DNA of 63,590 bases, the filler included, from Octopus bimaculoides (Eukaryota), in assembly GCF_001194135.2 (NCBI RefSeq). It is 5 parts of 4 records of this genome, joined end to end, with 100 filler letters (N's around TTAATTAATTAA, not from the genome) between each part and the next. Parts side by side here need not be neighbours in the genome. Positions count along the whole stretch, not along the records: positions 1 to 21,339 come from NC_068988.1; 4 more parts are not named here. One strand, 5' to 3'. The notes under the pieces are model-generated. The model was not told the DNA's origin. It saw only the letters and a program-made list of their open reading frames with translations, and did not search any database. Every line of letters starts with the position of its first letter. Position 1 is the first letter of the stretch. The position numbers and the translations under genes are program-made. Shown here one piece after another: positions 1 through 16,037 of this stretch.

Positions 1-41
1 ATATATATATATATATATATTATATATAAACATATATATAT

Positions 42-84
<43 letters not shown>

Positions 85-577
85 GTCATCCGTAGTCAAA
101 ACTATAACTTTATACTCTCTGCATCGAAGTGTCTTTGTACGTACGTACGTACGTACGTACGTACGTATGTATGTATGTATGTATGTATGTATGCAATCAT
201 CCATGTATGTATGTGTGCGCGCGCGCGTGTATGTATATATGGAATAAGACTATTATTTTGGATATAAGATTATTAAGGACACCTTTGTATGAGCCAATTT
301 GATACGTGTCGTGTTTTTATTGGTTCATGTGTAACAAACTCAAAGATTATCCAGTTATAAAATGTGTTAAACGGTTAAAGAAATGCTAATCACAGTGAAA
401 AGCCTTTTCAAAGTCCACTGTGAGATTTTCTGATTTTCTGCAGCTGTAACCAATCTTACTGTCAACCTCTGAGAATTGTGCTGTTTGCTGTAAGTACGTT
501 TGTTATTTGGATGGAATTCGTTTCATTTCATTGTTAAAAGAAATCAAATATTTTTGTATGCAAATAAGAAAACTAAC

Positions 578-780
578 ACATACACACATATACCCATAGA
601 CGCATAGAACACTCGCATGCGGATACACTAATCACACATATATTTACACCCCCACCTCCACACACATAAACAAACACACACACATAGACATACACACATG
701 TACCCATAGACGCATAGAACACTCGCATGCGGATACACTAATCACACACATATATTTACACCCCCACCCCACACACAAAT
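578..780. repeat. Tandem duplication, ~110-bp period, 2 copies
   Basis: ACATACACACAT.TACCCATAGACGCATAGAACACTCGCATGCGGATACACTAATCACAC...ATATTTACACCCC occurs at 578 and again at 688, nearly identical. Confidence 0.9.
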
Positions 781-904
781 ATACAGGGACATAAAACGTC
801 TTTGTCAGAATAATATTTCTATTGCCTTTTCTTTGAGATGTATTCAAGTTTTTCGCCAGAATTTAAGCTGTTGACAAGATGTTATTGCTTGAGTAAAGAC
901 ATTT

Positions 905-1237
905 CTTCAGATCTGTCAATATGTGAATGCGTCTTTTTTTATACTTCTTTTATTTTTCAAAATTAAGATAAAGTTCTTTTTAAATCTAAAATATATTCTC
1001 CATCATTTTCTGCAATGCTCTTCTATCTGTCTAGTAGACTTGCAAGGCCCTTCTTCCAAAATTCACTTGCCCGTGACGAAAAATGCTCCTCCAGTACTGT
1101 TCTGGCCGCGTCTACAGAATTCATTTTTTTCCCCATCCAAATGATTTCAAAGACTGTGGAATAAATGATAATCAGATAATCCCTGCTAGTTCTTCCACAG
1201 TTACGATGGGATTTTGTTCCACCAGGGCTTGCAGATC
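905..1237 (-). mobile_element. Mariner (DD34D-type) transposon remnant, internally deleted
   Basis: Minus strand reads DLQALVEQNPIVTVEELA (N-terminal region) joined directly to SDYHLFHSL*NHLDGEK/MNSVDAARTVLEEHFSSRASEFWKKGLASLLDR*KSIAENDGEYILD, the mariner C-terminus with the (P)SDYHLF motif. It has a stop and a frameshift and is cut by the gap at 1238. Confidence 0.85.
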
Positions 1238-1944
1238 NNNNNNNNNNNNNNNNNNNNNNNNNNNNNNNNNNNNNNNNNNNNNNNNNNNNNNNNNNNNNNN
1301 NNNNNNNNNNNNNNNNNNNNNNNNNNNNNNNNNNNNNNNNNNNNNNNNNNNNNNNNNNNNNNNNNNNNNNNNNNNNNNNNNNNNNNNNNNNNNNNNNNNN
1401 NNNNNNNNNNNNNNNNNNNNNNNNNNNNNNNNNNNNNNNNNNNNNNNNNNNNNNNNNNNNNNNNNNNNNNNNNNNNNNNNNNNNNNNNNNNNNNNNNNNN
1501 NNNNNNNNNNNNNNNNNNNNNNNNNNNNNNNNNNNNNNNNNNNNNNNNNNNNNNNNNNNNNNNNNNNNNNNNNNNNNNNNNNNNNNNNNNNNNNNNNNNN
1601 NNNNNNNNNNNNNNNNNNNNNNNNNNNNNNNNNNNNNNNNNNNNNNNNNNNNNNNNNNNNNNNNNNNNNNNNNNNNNNNNNNNNNNNNNNNNNNNNNNNN
1701 NNNNNNNNNNNNNNNNNNNNNNNNNNNNNNNNNNNNNNNNNNNNNNNNNNNNNNNNNNNNNNNNNNNNNNNNNNNNNNNNNNNNNNNNNNNNNNNNNNNN
1801 NNNNNNNNNNNNNNNNNNNNNNNNNNNNNNNNNNNNNNNNNNNNNNNNNNNNNNNNNNNNNNNNNNNNNNNNNNNNNNNNNNNNNNNNNNNNNNNNNNNN
1901 NNNNNNNNNNNNNNNNNNNNNNNNNNTTTATATATATATATATA

Positions 1945-5558
<3,614 letters not shown>

Positions 5559-5579
5559 ATGATGATGATAATAATAATG

Positions 5580-5643
<64 letters not shown>
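5559..5643. repeat. (GAT)n(AAT)n microsatellite
   Basis: Direct reading. It sits between the RTE 5' end and the neighbouring retroposon tail. Confidence 0.95.
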
Positions 5644-5644
<1 letters not shown>

Positions 5645-5990
5645 TTCTTTACTGACCACAAGGGTTTACATTAAGAAAATACATTATGGACAGTAAAGGA
5701 CAAAACAAAGAATGTATTGTGTGTATGTGTGTGAGTGAGTGTTGTGAGGATTTTGCGTGTACTCAAGACTAACCAAATTATAAAAAAGAAACAAATCAAC
5801 AATGTGTAATCCTCATTAGGGAGGAGACGTTCGAGGGCTGCTCATGGAAAGACCCCTTAAAAATCATGGGTATCCTGACTTTAGGGCCAGGTGCCTTAAC
5901 TAGTGCTCAGGTGCTTTACAAAAGGTTGAAAGAGGGGACAGAAAGCAGTTTTAAGTCAAGAAAAGATAGAAAACAATGAAGGCTAAAATG
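5644..5990 (-). mobile_element. 3' end fragment of an unclassified LINE-like retroposon with an (ATT)n tail
   Basis: Minus strand ends CCCTTGTGGTCAGTAAAGAAA(TTA)n, a 19/21 match to the tail of the SINE-B copy at 59802-59822. No coding motif recognised. Confidence 0.5.
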
Positions 5991-6380
5991 ACGTAAGCAA
6001 TACACAAGAATCAAATATCAAGAAAAGTGAACTTGAAAAAAGAGCCATAAAGAAGAAAGAGTGAAAAATATCCGTCAAATGTAAATAATGTAACTAATGT
6101 CCATAAAGAAGAAAGAGTGAATAGATACGTCAGGAGTAATGTTGGTGAATTTTGGGAAGCATGGAATTTTGCGTAGGATGCAGTGCCCTCACAGTTAACT
6201 GCTGATGTGCGTAGTTTATGCCATGTTTTGACAATTCTGAGCATGGAAAAATGTTTCCGAAAGTCATGAGCGTTGCACCATTTTGTTTTGTTTGTTTCTC
6301 TTCACTCGTACACGTGCGCGCGCGCGCGTGAATAACTTTTATGTCAGTAATACGTAAGTATGTGTGTGCATGAGTGTGTG

Positions 6381-6587
6381 TATGTCTTTGTGTCTGTTTG
6401 TCCCTACCACTTCTTGACAACCGGTGTTGGTGTATTTATGTCCCCGTAACAAAAGACACCTATAAAATAAGTACCACGCTTAAAACTGGATAAGTCCTGG
6501 GCTTGATTCATTCGACTAAAAATTCTTCAAGGCGGTGCCCCAGAATGGTTGCAGTCTAATGACTGAAACAAGGAAAAGAGCAAAGAA
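6381..6587 (+). mobile_element. SINE family A, 3' half
   Basis: TTGACAACCGGTGTTGGTGT.TTTATGTCCCCGTAAC ... AAGGCGGTGCCCCAG.ATGG..GCAGTC.AATGACTGAAACAAG, shared with the copies at 27270, 38887 and 53660. Confidence 0.85.
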
Positions 6588-6792
6588 GTTCACATTTATA
6601 GAGAGAAAGACCAAATCTGATGACCGCACATAACGTTTCTTGTCTCTCCCGGGCAATTTCATCAGATCTATCATGTCTGGTTTGGTAGAAGTCTTGAAGG
6701 GAGATGTTCCACCAATATTCTTTCTATTGAACAACAAAAGCAAAAGTACTTATATATCGATCTCAGATCGGTATTTCCTATCAATGGCAAAG

Positions 6793-6935
6793 TAAGGCGG
6801 CAAACAGGCAGAATCGTGAGCATGCCAGACAAAATGGTTAGTGGCTGTTTGCCCGTTTTTACGTTCTGAGTTCGAATTCCACCGAGGTCGACTTTGCCTT
6901 TCATCCTCTCAGGGTCAATAAAATAAGTACCAGTT
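6793..6935 (+). mobile_element. SINE family B (tRNA-like head, Meta-like core), 3'-truncated
   Basis: TAAGGCGGC...GGCAGAATCGT.AGCA...GTTCTGAGTTCGAATTCC.CCGAGGTCGACTTTGCCTTTCATCC...AAATAAGTACCAGTT, repeated more than 10 times in the window. Confidence 0.85.
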
Positions 6936-7559
6936 TCTTTTGGCCAAAGTCCATCCTTATATCAGCTGAAAAATGTTGTAATTAAATCCAGCTGTTTCTC
7001 AGCATTGTAAATATTTCTATTATAGATCTATAGATCGTCCACAAAGAAATTGTGGCTTACAGTAGTATCTTGTTGTTGTAGATCTCTCAATACATAATAA
7101 CAGGATTTTTGTATTATGAAAGAAATGACAGTGGGTTTAGTGCCAAAATAAACAGTAACACAGACATACTGTCTCGCTGGAATATTCCTTTAGAAATATG
7201 CATAACGACAAAACAATCTTTCCGCTTTCAGATAAAAGTGCGAGGATTGTTGATTGAAGTCTTTGTGAATCTTTCAACATAATTAACTAGGTCAGTAGGT
7301 ACTCTTACCAAGTGCTGTGACTTTGAGCAACAACGAGCGGAGAATAGAATCAGCCACATTTTTGCAATTGAATCGTTATTATTTTCTTCTATTTCCTTAT
7401 TTCAGACGAAACAGGTTTATTTAATCAAAATTGTTAGACACAAACCACCACTATCCGCCCCCACCCCCCACTCTTTTTTCCTGCTTGTTCATCTGTTACT
7501 ATATCGTTAGACTTACTTTGATCTTGGTCGAGACAGCTTGTCTAAACTTTATGCGTAAT

Positions 7560-8242
7560 ATTCAGCAAGCAATGGGACTCTGATTCTTTGCCAAGTCATT
7601 ATTCATATTTTGGGCGAAAAAATTTATCCTCAGTGTAGAGAAGTTGCAGGTTTCGAAATAGTTATCCATAGATATTCTCCTTTTTGCTGATTTTGGAAGA
7701 GATGTTCTCGTCTATGATTGTACATTACTTTTCTTTTATCCCAAATAACTATGTTAGATCTGTTATGATTACTCACGGTATAAGTTTTGAATATTCCACC
7801 AATATTCTTTGTGCTAATATGTATCTATTCCATAGCAGCGGTGCTTTTTTAAATATTTATTCCAGGGCAGTCCTTTCTGTCGATTATATTGTATATTCTT
7901 GTAGCAACATCATATTCCAATGGGAAGTAGTACCTCGATAACATTTTTGAGCACCTACTGGTTAAATACGTTACGTCTTTTAAAGAAGAGTGACATGATC
8001 GACACTTGCGGTTCCAGATGAGGATTTTCAAGGCTTCGCAGTCTCGTTTGTCCGTGAAATATTTTATGGCAATCTCCTGGTCTTGGATTATAGCCTTCAA
8101 GGTGTGATTAGAACAAAGGACACAAAATAAGAACAATAATAAAGCTGAAGTGAAGAACGAATATATAGTGCGTGTGTTTATTTAGCAAAAGAATGTGACC
8201 GCCCCGAAATATAACAACACACACGTATATGTGTGTGTATAT

Positions 8243-8276
<34 letters not shown>

Positions 8277-8474
8277 NNNNNNNNNNNNNNNNNNNNNNNN
8301 NNNNNNNNNNNNNNNNNNNNNNNNNNNNNNNNNNNNNNNNNNNNNNNNNNNNNNNNNNNNNNNNNNNNNNNNNNNNNNNNNNNNNNNNNNNNNNNNNNNN
8401 NNNNNNNNNNNNNNNNNNNNNNNNNNNNNNNNNNNNNNNNNNNNNNNNNNNNNNNNNNNNNNNNNNNNNNNNNN

Positions 8475-8511
<37 letters not shown>

Positions 8512-9850
8512 TCAATATTACTATTGATACAGGAATTTTTAGTGATTATTAATAGTTCTTGGGATTTGACATGAATGGTTCACATATCATCTAGCATCGA
8601 ATCCAGTAGCACAAATGGCATGATGACAGGTACAACAGCAAACACATTTTAGGACACTGGTTTATTGTATGAAACCAGCTATGAAGATCGTACTTTTTAT
8701 CTTGCTGTTCTATTCTCTGGTAGCACGTTCCTTGTCACAAGGATATATTTTCATCCATTCCTAATTACTAAAGAAATAGTTTTCCCATTGACAGCGATGT
8801 TCCTCGTTTGACTCTGTAGACCGCCTTCGTTTTATTATAAGACAGGAACATTTATCTTGGTCAAACTCTCTCCTTTTATCGATTGATAATGTCGTATTCA
8901 GGTAAAGATTCTTCTTCATAGCATTAATAGTTTTGACAATCTTTCAGATCATGCACAAAGAAGTTGTGGCAGATTGGTTCAGATTTCCTCAACAAAAAGG
9001 ATAAGGGCTTCACTAAAAGTATTAACAGAAACAAGAAGAAACCGTCTCTTGCAATACTTTACTTTCTCAGTGATGTTATAATCACTTCCAATATGTAACG
9101 TCAGGATAATGGCCCAGGACGAAGCAATGTTGTCTATGGCTCTGACTACGGTCTCTGGAACTTTAGCAAATTGAATGACCTCTAGTATCCATGGTACGCG
9201 GAGCAGAATCAAATGTCTACATGAAACGCAGCCACACTTCAAAGAATTCTTTCCTATACCGACACACCCCTGACATCACAGATTTATTGTTCAAAACCAA
9301 CTCACCTCATTACCAAACTCCTCCCCCCCCTCTACTTGTTCAGCAGAGATATTATTACTGTCATGGTGATCCCAGAGGAATAGGTTTAGATAGGCTTCAT
9401 AAAATTTTATTCATTAGATGCTGACACGAAATTGGTGTGAGTGGTTTTGCTTTTATTATCAGATATGTTTATGTCAATGCCAGCCAGTCTGATATATTCA
9501 TATCTTTGTTTGCTGATAAATTTCAATAACATAACCGTGATAAAATGTTTAGATTTTTTATTCTCCCAGCAGCCGACAGTCAAATCTCTCTCACCCTCTT
9601 TCTCTCCCTCCCTTTGTACCAATAGCTGACAATCAAATTGACGCTTTCTTATTTGAGATTTTTTCTACCAATCTCAAAGGCACCACCATTTAAAAAGTAT
9701 ACTTTGATGTGAGGCGAATCTTTTTCGTATTCCAGATTTATCTCCCGAATGAGTCACTATATTCCTAGAACGATTCTTTGAGATTTCTCTTGATTGTCTC
9801 CTCATCTCTCGGATAATTAGTTTCGATGAAATTTCGAATTATTTTTCTTT
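7560..9850 (-). mobile_element. Highly decayed R4/Dong-like non-LTR retrotransposon (RT + zinc knuckle + RLE), copy a
   Basis: Ordered minus-strand motifs across frameshifts: AKPLTPISCQHLMNKIL (cf. KNYRPITCL), TFDS.P/WILEV, LLVKPLSFLLRK..HNFFVHDLK (cf. HLFFVDDLK), EFDQDKCSCLIIKR, AVVPV, IIQDQEIAIKY..KCRSCHSSLKDVTYLTSRC (knuckle), HNRSNIVIWDK/CTIID (RLE PD-like), KENIYG*LFRNLQLLY. Interrupted by a microsatellite and gap at about 8200-8510. Confidence 0.8.
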
Positions 9851-10049
9851 CAGCAACTCATTTCTGATGCTCTACGTATGGTTTTAATAACCGTAGGCAC
9901 CTCTGACTTCCACATCTTCCAAATTCTGTTAATGTATCGCTTCGTCATTCTTGCTTTACACACAGCCCCAACGTGTGCAATCGTGTCACCAATTCCGAGC
10001 AGTTCGTCCTTGAAGATAGAAGCAGGCCATCGATATCCATATCTGATCA

Positions 10050-10260
10050 ACAATCTTTGCTGCATTGATTTACTATATACGCTTAAGGTCATCGATGTAA
10101 ACGAACGATATTAAGTGTTCTCTCCATCTCTACAGATGCTACCATGTAGCTTTGACATTTGCTCAACTGGACTGACAAAAGGTTCACTCCCAGAACGAAC
10201 AGACAAGCTGACAGTTTGAAATATTCCTATCGATGACCTAATTTTGCTCCTGACTATAAT
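10050..10260 (-). mobile_element. R4/Dong-like RT core fragment, copy b
   Basis: GIFQTVSLS / FVLGVNLLSVQLSKCQSY / FVYIDDLK, a decayed GIFQGDSLS...LLYMDDLK. Confidence 0.7.
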
Positions 10261-10298
10261 CCTTGCTTCAGTTCTTACTGATAGTTACATCGACCATC

Positions 10299-10340
<42 letters not shown>

Positions 10341-11489
10341 NNNNNNNNNNNNNNNNNNNNNNNNNNNNNNNNNNNNNNNNNNNNNNNNNNNNNNNNNNNN
10401 NNNNNNNNNNNNNNNNNNNNNNNNNNNNNNNNNNNNNNNNNNNNNNNNNNNNNNNNNNNNNNNNNNNNNNNNNNNNNNNNNNNNNNNNNNNNNNNNNNNN
10501 NNNNNNNNNNNNNNNNNNNNNNNNNNNNNNNNNNNNNNNNNNNNNNNNNNNNNNNNNNNNNNNNNNNNNNNNNNNNNNNNNNNNNNNNNNNNNNNNNNNN
10601 NNNNNNNNNNNNNNNNNNNNNNNNNNNNNNNNNNNNNNNNNNNNNNNNNNNNNNNNNNNNNNNNNNNNNNNNNNNNNNNNNNNNNNNNNNNNNNNNNNNN
10701 NNNNNNNNNNNNNNNNNNNNNNNNNNNNNNNNNNNNNNNNNNNNNNNNNNNNNNNNNNNNNNNNNNNNNNNNNNNNNNNNNNNNNNNNNNNNNNNNNNNN
10801 NNNNNNNNNNNNNNNNNNNNNNNNNNNNNNNNNNNNNNNNNNNNNNNNNNNNNNNNNNNNNNNNNNNNNNNNNNNNNNNNNNNNNNNNNNNNNNNNNNNN
10901 NNNNNNNNNNNNNNNNNNNNNNNNNNNNNNNNNNNNNNNNNNNNNNNNNNNNNNNNNNNNNNNNNNNNNNNNNNNNNNNNNNNNNNNNNNNNNNNNNNNN
11001 NNNNNNNNNNNNNNNNNNNNNNNNNNNNNNNNNNNNNNNNNNNNNNNNNNNNNNNNNNNNNNNNNNNNNNNNNNNNNNNNNNNNNNNNNNNNNNNNNNNN
11101 NNNTGTGTGTGTGTGTGTGTGTGTGTATGCATGTATGTCCCTTAAGTTCGTTTACGCGATAATAAAATACCTTTTATATGCATATTCAAAATGCCTCCAT
11201 CTCCTTCCTCTCTTTCCATCACCTCCACCCCTCCCCACCAAATACATACAGAAATGCCCACATACTCCAATCAATGTTTTCATTGGTCAAAATTCATCAA
11301 CAACCCTCAGTTAAAAATCCATTAATGCCATATCAACCGAAGAAATGAATGCATGAACATGATCTACCCGATCTCCATAGCTACTACAGACTGTACTGTA
11401 ATTATTCCAGGAATATGGACTATGATCTTAAGAAACATGTGATTTGTGGAAACGCGCGTAGCAATATATAAAAATATTTATAAATTCTC

Positions 11490-11502
11490 TCCATGGATTT
11501 AC

Positions 11503-11542
<40 letters not shown>

Positions 11543-12425
11543 ATTTTTTGGTTTTTGCTTTGTATTTGTACAAGCTGTCTCCAAGTCTCACTCAGAGACC
11601 TCAAGAGACAAGACAGAAGTTCAAGCTGGTGTTATGACTAGGGTGCCATATATTTGGTTTTGCTCAGAGTATTGTTCTAGAGAATGTCTGTCAAAACATA
11701 AGTAAATTAGAAGTTTGTTTTAAAAGTAATTTGATTATAAGATGCTGGTGTTGTGTTAAGATGACAGTAAAATGCGTTTGCTATTATGTACATTTAAAAG
11801 TATTTTGACAATGTTTACAGATTAAAATGTTTTGGGGATTACATAGACAATAGTTTACGTACGATATGGGCAGTTCCCATAAGCACTATTTTTTAAATTT
11901 CTTCCATTTTTGGATTTCCTGATATCTGAGACAGGTAGCAATCAGCCCCTTTTGCTATCATTCCTAGGACATCTATGACAGCAGGTTTTGTTTTAGTCTT
12001 GAGGTTCCACATTTTGCTAATTTCTATTTCAAGATCTTTATATTTGCTCAGTTTTTGGCAGGTCTTGACAGATACGTTTATATCGATTGAGACAGTCATA
12101 TCAATAAGAAGGAATGATTTTTGTCTGAAGTCTTTCAGTATGATGTCTGGCCTATTTGCATCTATCTTCCTGTCAGTTTGAACGGTGAAGTTCCAGAGGA
12201 GTAAGATGTGGTCATTTTCAAGCACTGGTGGTGGTTTGTGTTCTCGCCAGTTTTTGTCATGGGGCAGGTCCAAATCTTTGCAAGTTACCCAGTGAATATA
12301 CTGTGGTGCTCTACCATAGCTCTTGAGATACTCTGTAGGTGCAAGAAGATTATACATGGAGACAACATGATCGATTGTTTTATTTTGCTATTTACATACA
12401 CATGTTGGGCTACTATCCTCCTCCT
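11490..12425 (-). mobile_element. R4/Dong-like retrotransposon 3' end (knuckle + RLE + 3' UTR + (TAA)n), copy c
   Basis: TCVCK*QNKTIDHVVS, then ORF 11893-12357 LENDHILLLWNFTVQTDRKIDANRPDIILKD..LLIDMTVSIDINVSVK..KLSKYKDLEIEISKMW, then *KIVLMGTAHIVRKLLSM*. A ~300-bp UTR follows, ending in (TAA)n at about 11503-11542. The 5' side is lost in a gap. Confidence 0.92.
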
Positions 12426-13246
12426 CNNNNNNNNNNNNNNNNNNNNNNNNNNNNNNNNNNNNNNNNNNNNNNNNNNNNNNNNNNNNNNNNNNNNNNNNNN
12501 NNNNNNNNNNNNNNNNNNNNNNNNNNNNNNNNNNNNNNNNNNNNNNNNNNNNNNNNNNNNNNNNNNNNNNNNNNNNNNNNNNNNNNNNNNNNNNNNNNNN
12601 NNNNNNNNNNNNNNNNNNNNNNNNNNNNNNNNNNNNNNNNNNNNNNNNNNNNNNNNNNNNNNNNNNNNNNNNNNNNNNNNNNNNNNNNNNNNNNNNNNNN
12701 NNNNNNNNNNNNNNNNNNNNNNNNNNNNNNNNNNNNNNNNNNNNNNNNNNNNNNNNNNNNNNNNNNNNNNNNNNNNNNNNAAAAAAAAAAAAAAAAAATC
12801 ATCAAAAGTATAGTTAACGACTTCAGATACAACATAGCAATCTATGGACTATATAAATTTAGCAAAGCAGGATAGAAATGATGTAAATCATCTAATCGGC
12901 AGATGGTGGATATCACTCAATAAATAGATGATAAACAAATAAACAACTAAGATATGACACAGCTTAGTAAAAGAGGTGATTAGACAATGGATAGGGAGGG
13001 GGAATGATAGTAGATTAGGAGGTGGAATGACTTCAAATTTGGCGAATAGCAAACGATACGCAGATGAAGTGTTTCAGGAAAGCAATCTCAGACAGACTGC
13101 ATCTAAAAAACAAATTACGTAGAAGCACCAGTGAAGCTGATCAACGAAAAAAAAGGAACCAACGAATTAACAAATGAAACGACGTCAACCATAAATAGCG
13201 TCTCTACAAAACAACATAAGAAACTAATCAATGAAACCTATAGACA

Positions 13247-13322
<76 letters not shown>

Positions 13323-13542
13323 ATGGGAGAATGCGCTGTAACAGTGCCTCCCCCATTTGTTGGTGATTCCTTACAACTGACAGATGACACTCTTCTGCAC
13401 CACTCAGGTGGGTTTGTTTGGGTAGCTGATGCTGGCCAGGGTTCTACAGGGTCGGAGTACAAATTCTTCCTCAATCTTTTCTAGTCGCCTTTTAGTCGCA
13501 ACGGAGACGTTGGGTCTATTCTTTGAATACAATATGGACATA

Positions 13543-13808
<266 letters not shown>

Positions 13809-13949
13809 TGTGACTCTGTGTGTGTGTGTGTGTGTGTGTGTCTGTGTCTGTGTGTGTCTGTGTGTGTTGTGTGTGTGTATGTGTGTGTGTATGCGTGTGT
13901 GTGTGTGTATACACATCTGTGTGTGTGAGTGTATGTGTGTGTGTGTGTT

Positions 13950-14266
13950 TGTGGTGAAGGCATTGCTTAGTATTTAGGGATATTTAGCTCACGATCGTAA
14001 AGGCGTTCGAGTCCCAGCGGCGCTTTAAACAAAGCGCTTCATGTCACATTGTTCCAGTCCACTCGGCCGGTGAGAATGAGTTGTACTTATAATTCAGAGG
14101 AGCGAGCCTTGTCACACTCTGTGTTACGCTAAATCTTCCTGAGGAATATGTTAAGGGTACACGTGATTGTGGAATACTCCGCTATTTGTACGCTAATTTC
14201 ACGAGCAGGCTCTTCCGTTGATTGGATCAACTGAAACACTCCTCGTCGTAACCGATGGAGTGCCAG
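13950..14266 (+). mobile_element. SINE family C, older copy
   Basis: Ends ...GCAGGCTCTTCCGTTGATTGGATCAACTGAAAC...GTCGTAACCGATGGAGTGCCA, homologous to the 29891 and 41948 copies. Confidence 0.8.
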
Positions 14267-14462
14267 TGTGTGTATGTGTGTGTGTGTGTGTGTGTGTGTT
14301 GCTTCAGAAAGGATTCAGTCAAATGCGGCTCAAGTTATGGCTGATCCTATTTTATAAATTTCGGTGATGCTTTTCTGTCCTTTGCGTTTTTATGTTCGTT
14401 AACCCCTCCTGGGCCGTTGGTGCAAGGACAACACAACTCAAACTAGCAACTCCCCTTATCCC

Positions 14463-14691
14463 AGGAAATGTTTTAAGGGGGTCTATTTTGTTAAGGCCGC
14501 CTACTTGGGGCCCCCACTACCCCCTATTTTTACTGCATGTAAAACTAGATACATGATATTGGCGACCAAATCGGAGCAATAACAATGAATTTCATACCAT
14601 GGACTCTCAGGGAATATCGTAAGGAGGTTCAATTTCTGAAGGGCCGCTTAAATGGGGCCCCACTGACCCCCCTCCTCTATTCTTACTGCAT
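14463..14691. repeat. Imperfect tandem duplication, ~146-bp period
   Basis: AAGG(G)CCGC.TA..TGGGGCCCC.ACT.ACCCCC...TATT.TTACTGCAT at 14493-14538 and 14639-14691. Confidence 0.7.
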
Positions 14692-15117
14692 TTACCTCGC
14701 TCCTAGTGAGATAAAAAAGAAGCTAGTTCGTGAATTCCATTCATGGAGTTTATTGTTTACAAGTATTGCATATGAACAAAGGCGTCCCACCCAGCCACGA
14801 CTCTCTAGCAGTATAATATTCAGCATAAAACATCCAGGTCTGTATTATCCAACACATACATAACTTCTTTTCTTTTTAAGACTGCAGAGAGTAATTTGAA
14901 GTAGATTTTACTGCTGTTTCTAGCAAGTCAAACAATCGCATAAAGGCTCTTTCAACGCTTACAGATTTTGTTTGTGAGAGAAAAATCTTTGCCAACCAAG
15001 TTAACGTTCAAAATTGCTGCAGTAAATGTTAAATGAGAAAATTTTTAAACAAGTCAGCTGTTTACGACAGGTTAACAATTACACTGTTAGAGAAATGTTT
15101 TCTCACGTATGTAGATA

Positions 15118-16037
15118 CTAGCTGACGTACCCGGTAATTCCCGGGAAAGCGGGGCTTATCTCTTGGTTCCGTTCTCATAACTGTTTCGCTAATCTAGTAA
15201 CAACAATACAAAGTATGTAGCCCTTAAAACGGTTTTTGTGCATTTATTGAGAATACTTAACTGTCTTACACAGGATCTTGTTTTCAGGAATTCCCCAAAA
15301 GTTATGAATACCCAAATTGTGAAATCAGTTATGTAATAACATGAAATTAATTACCCGATAGTAAGAATTCAAATAAAGTAGCCCCGAAAAGGGTTTTAAT
15401 ACGTTCCCAGAGTATATAGAACTCAGGAGGAAATACTAAGGTATGTATACTAAAATCATGAAGCATGTTACGTAATAACAGGTTAATCAGATATGAGATA
15501 ATTACAATTCAAAGTAAATAACTCTGAAAAAAGCTTTTGTGCGTTCGCAGAGAATATTACTCTCAGCGGCGCTAGTGTTAGTATATTCGTAAATAAGTCA
15601 CTAACCAAAATAAGTGGGTATATTGTTTAGGAAAATACTATTTACTTGTTTAAGGGTTGTATTGGATAAATTGCAAAAATAACTGAAATAGTTCAGATAC
15701 TAAGAAATAAGGATACTCAATTTGATTTATACGAAATAATTTACGAATATGAATGGGCTATTTCCCTTGGCTATACATAAGGATACCTTTCAAGAGCGAA
15801 TGGGTTATTTCCCTTGGATGTTTAAAAATAATATATTAGGTATATGTAGTAGATATAAGAATCCTTTCCAGGGGCCTTATTATCGATTTTTTCAACAATC
15901 TAAGTATGTCACTAGTTTTCCAGACATGAGTTCTACTCACGTGTCAAGTTTCATCAAAATCGATAAAACTATGTAGGAAGAGTTAGATAACAACGCCACA
16001 AACAATCACACCCACAGATTTCCACATATGTAGTAGA
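15118..16037 (-). mobile_element. Non-autonomous Helitron (920 bp)
   Basis: Minus strand begins A|TC (16037) and ends CTAG|T (15118), with a GC hairpin CCCGG-n6-CCGGG (15130-15145) 8 nt before CTAG. No TSD. Internal ~150-bp degenerate repeats. Confidence 0.82.

Noticed and set aside
10050-12425. Treating R4-like copies b and c as one element
   Set aside because: On the minus strand the RLE end (c) lies upstream of the RT core (b), the wrong order, and c has its own 3' UTR and tail.
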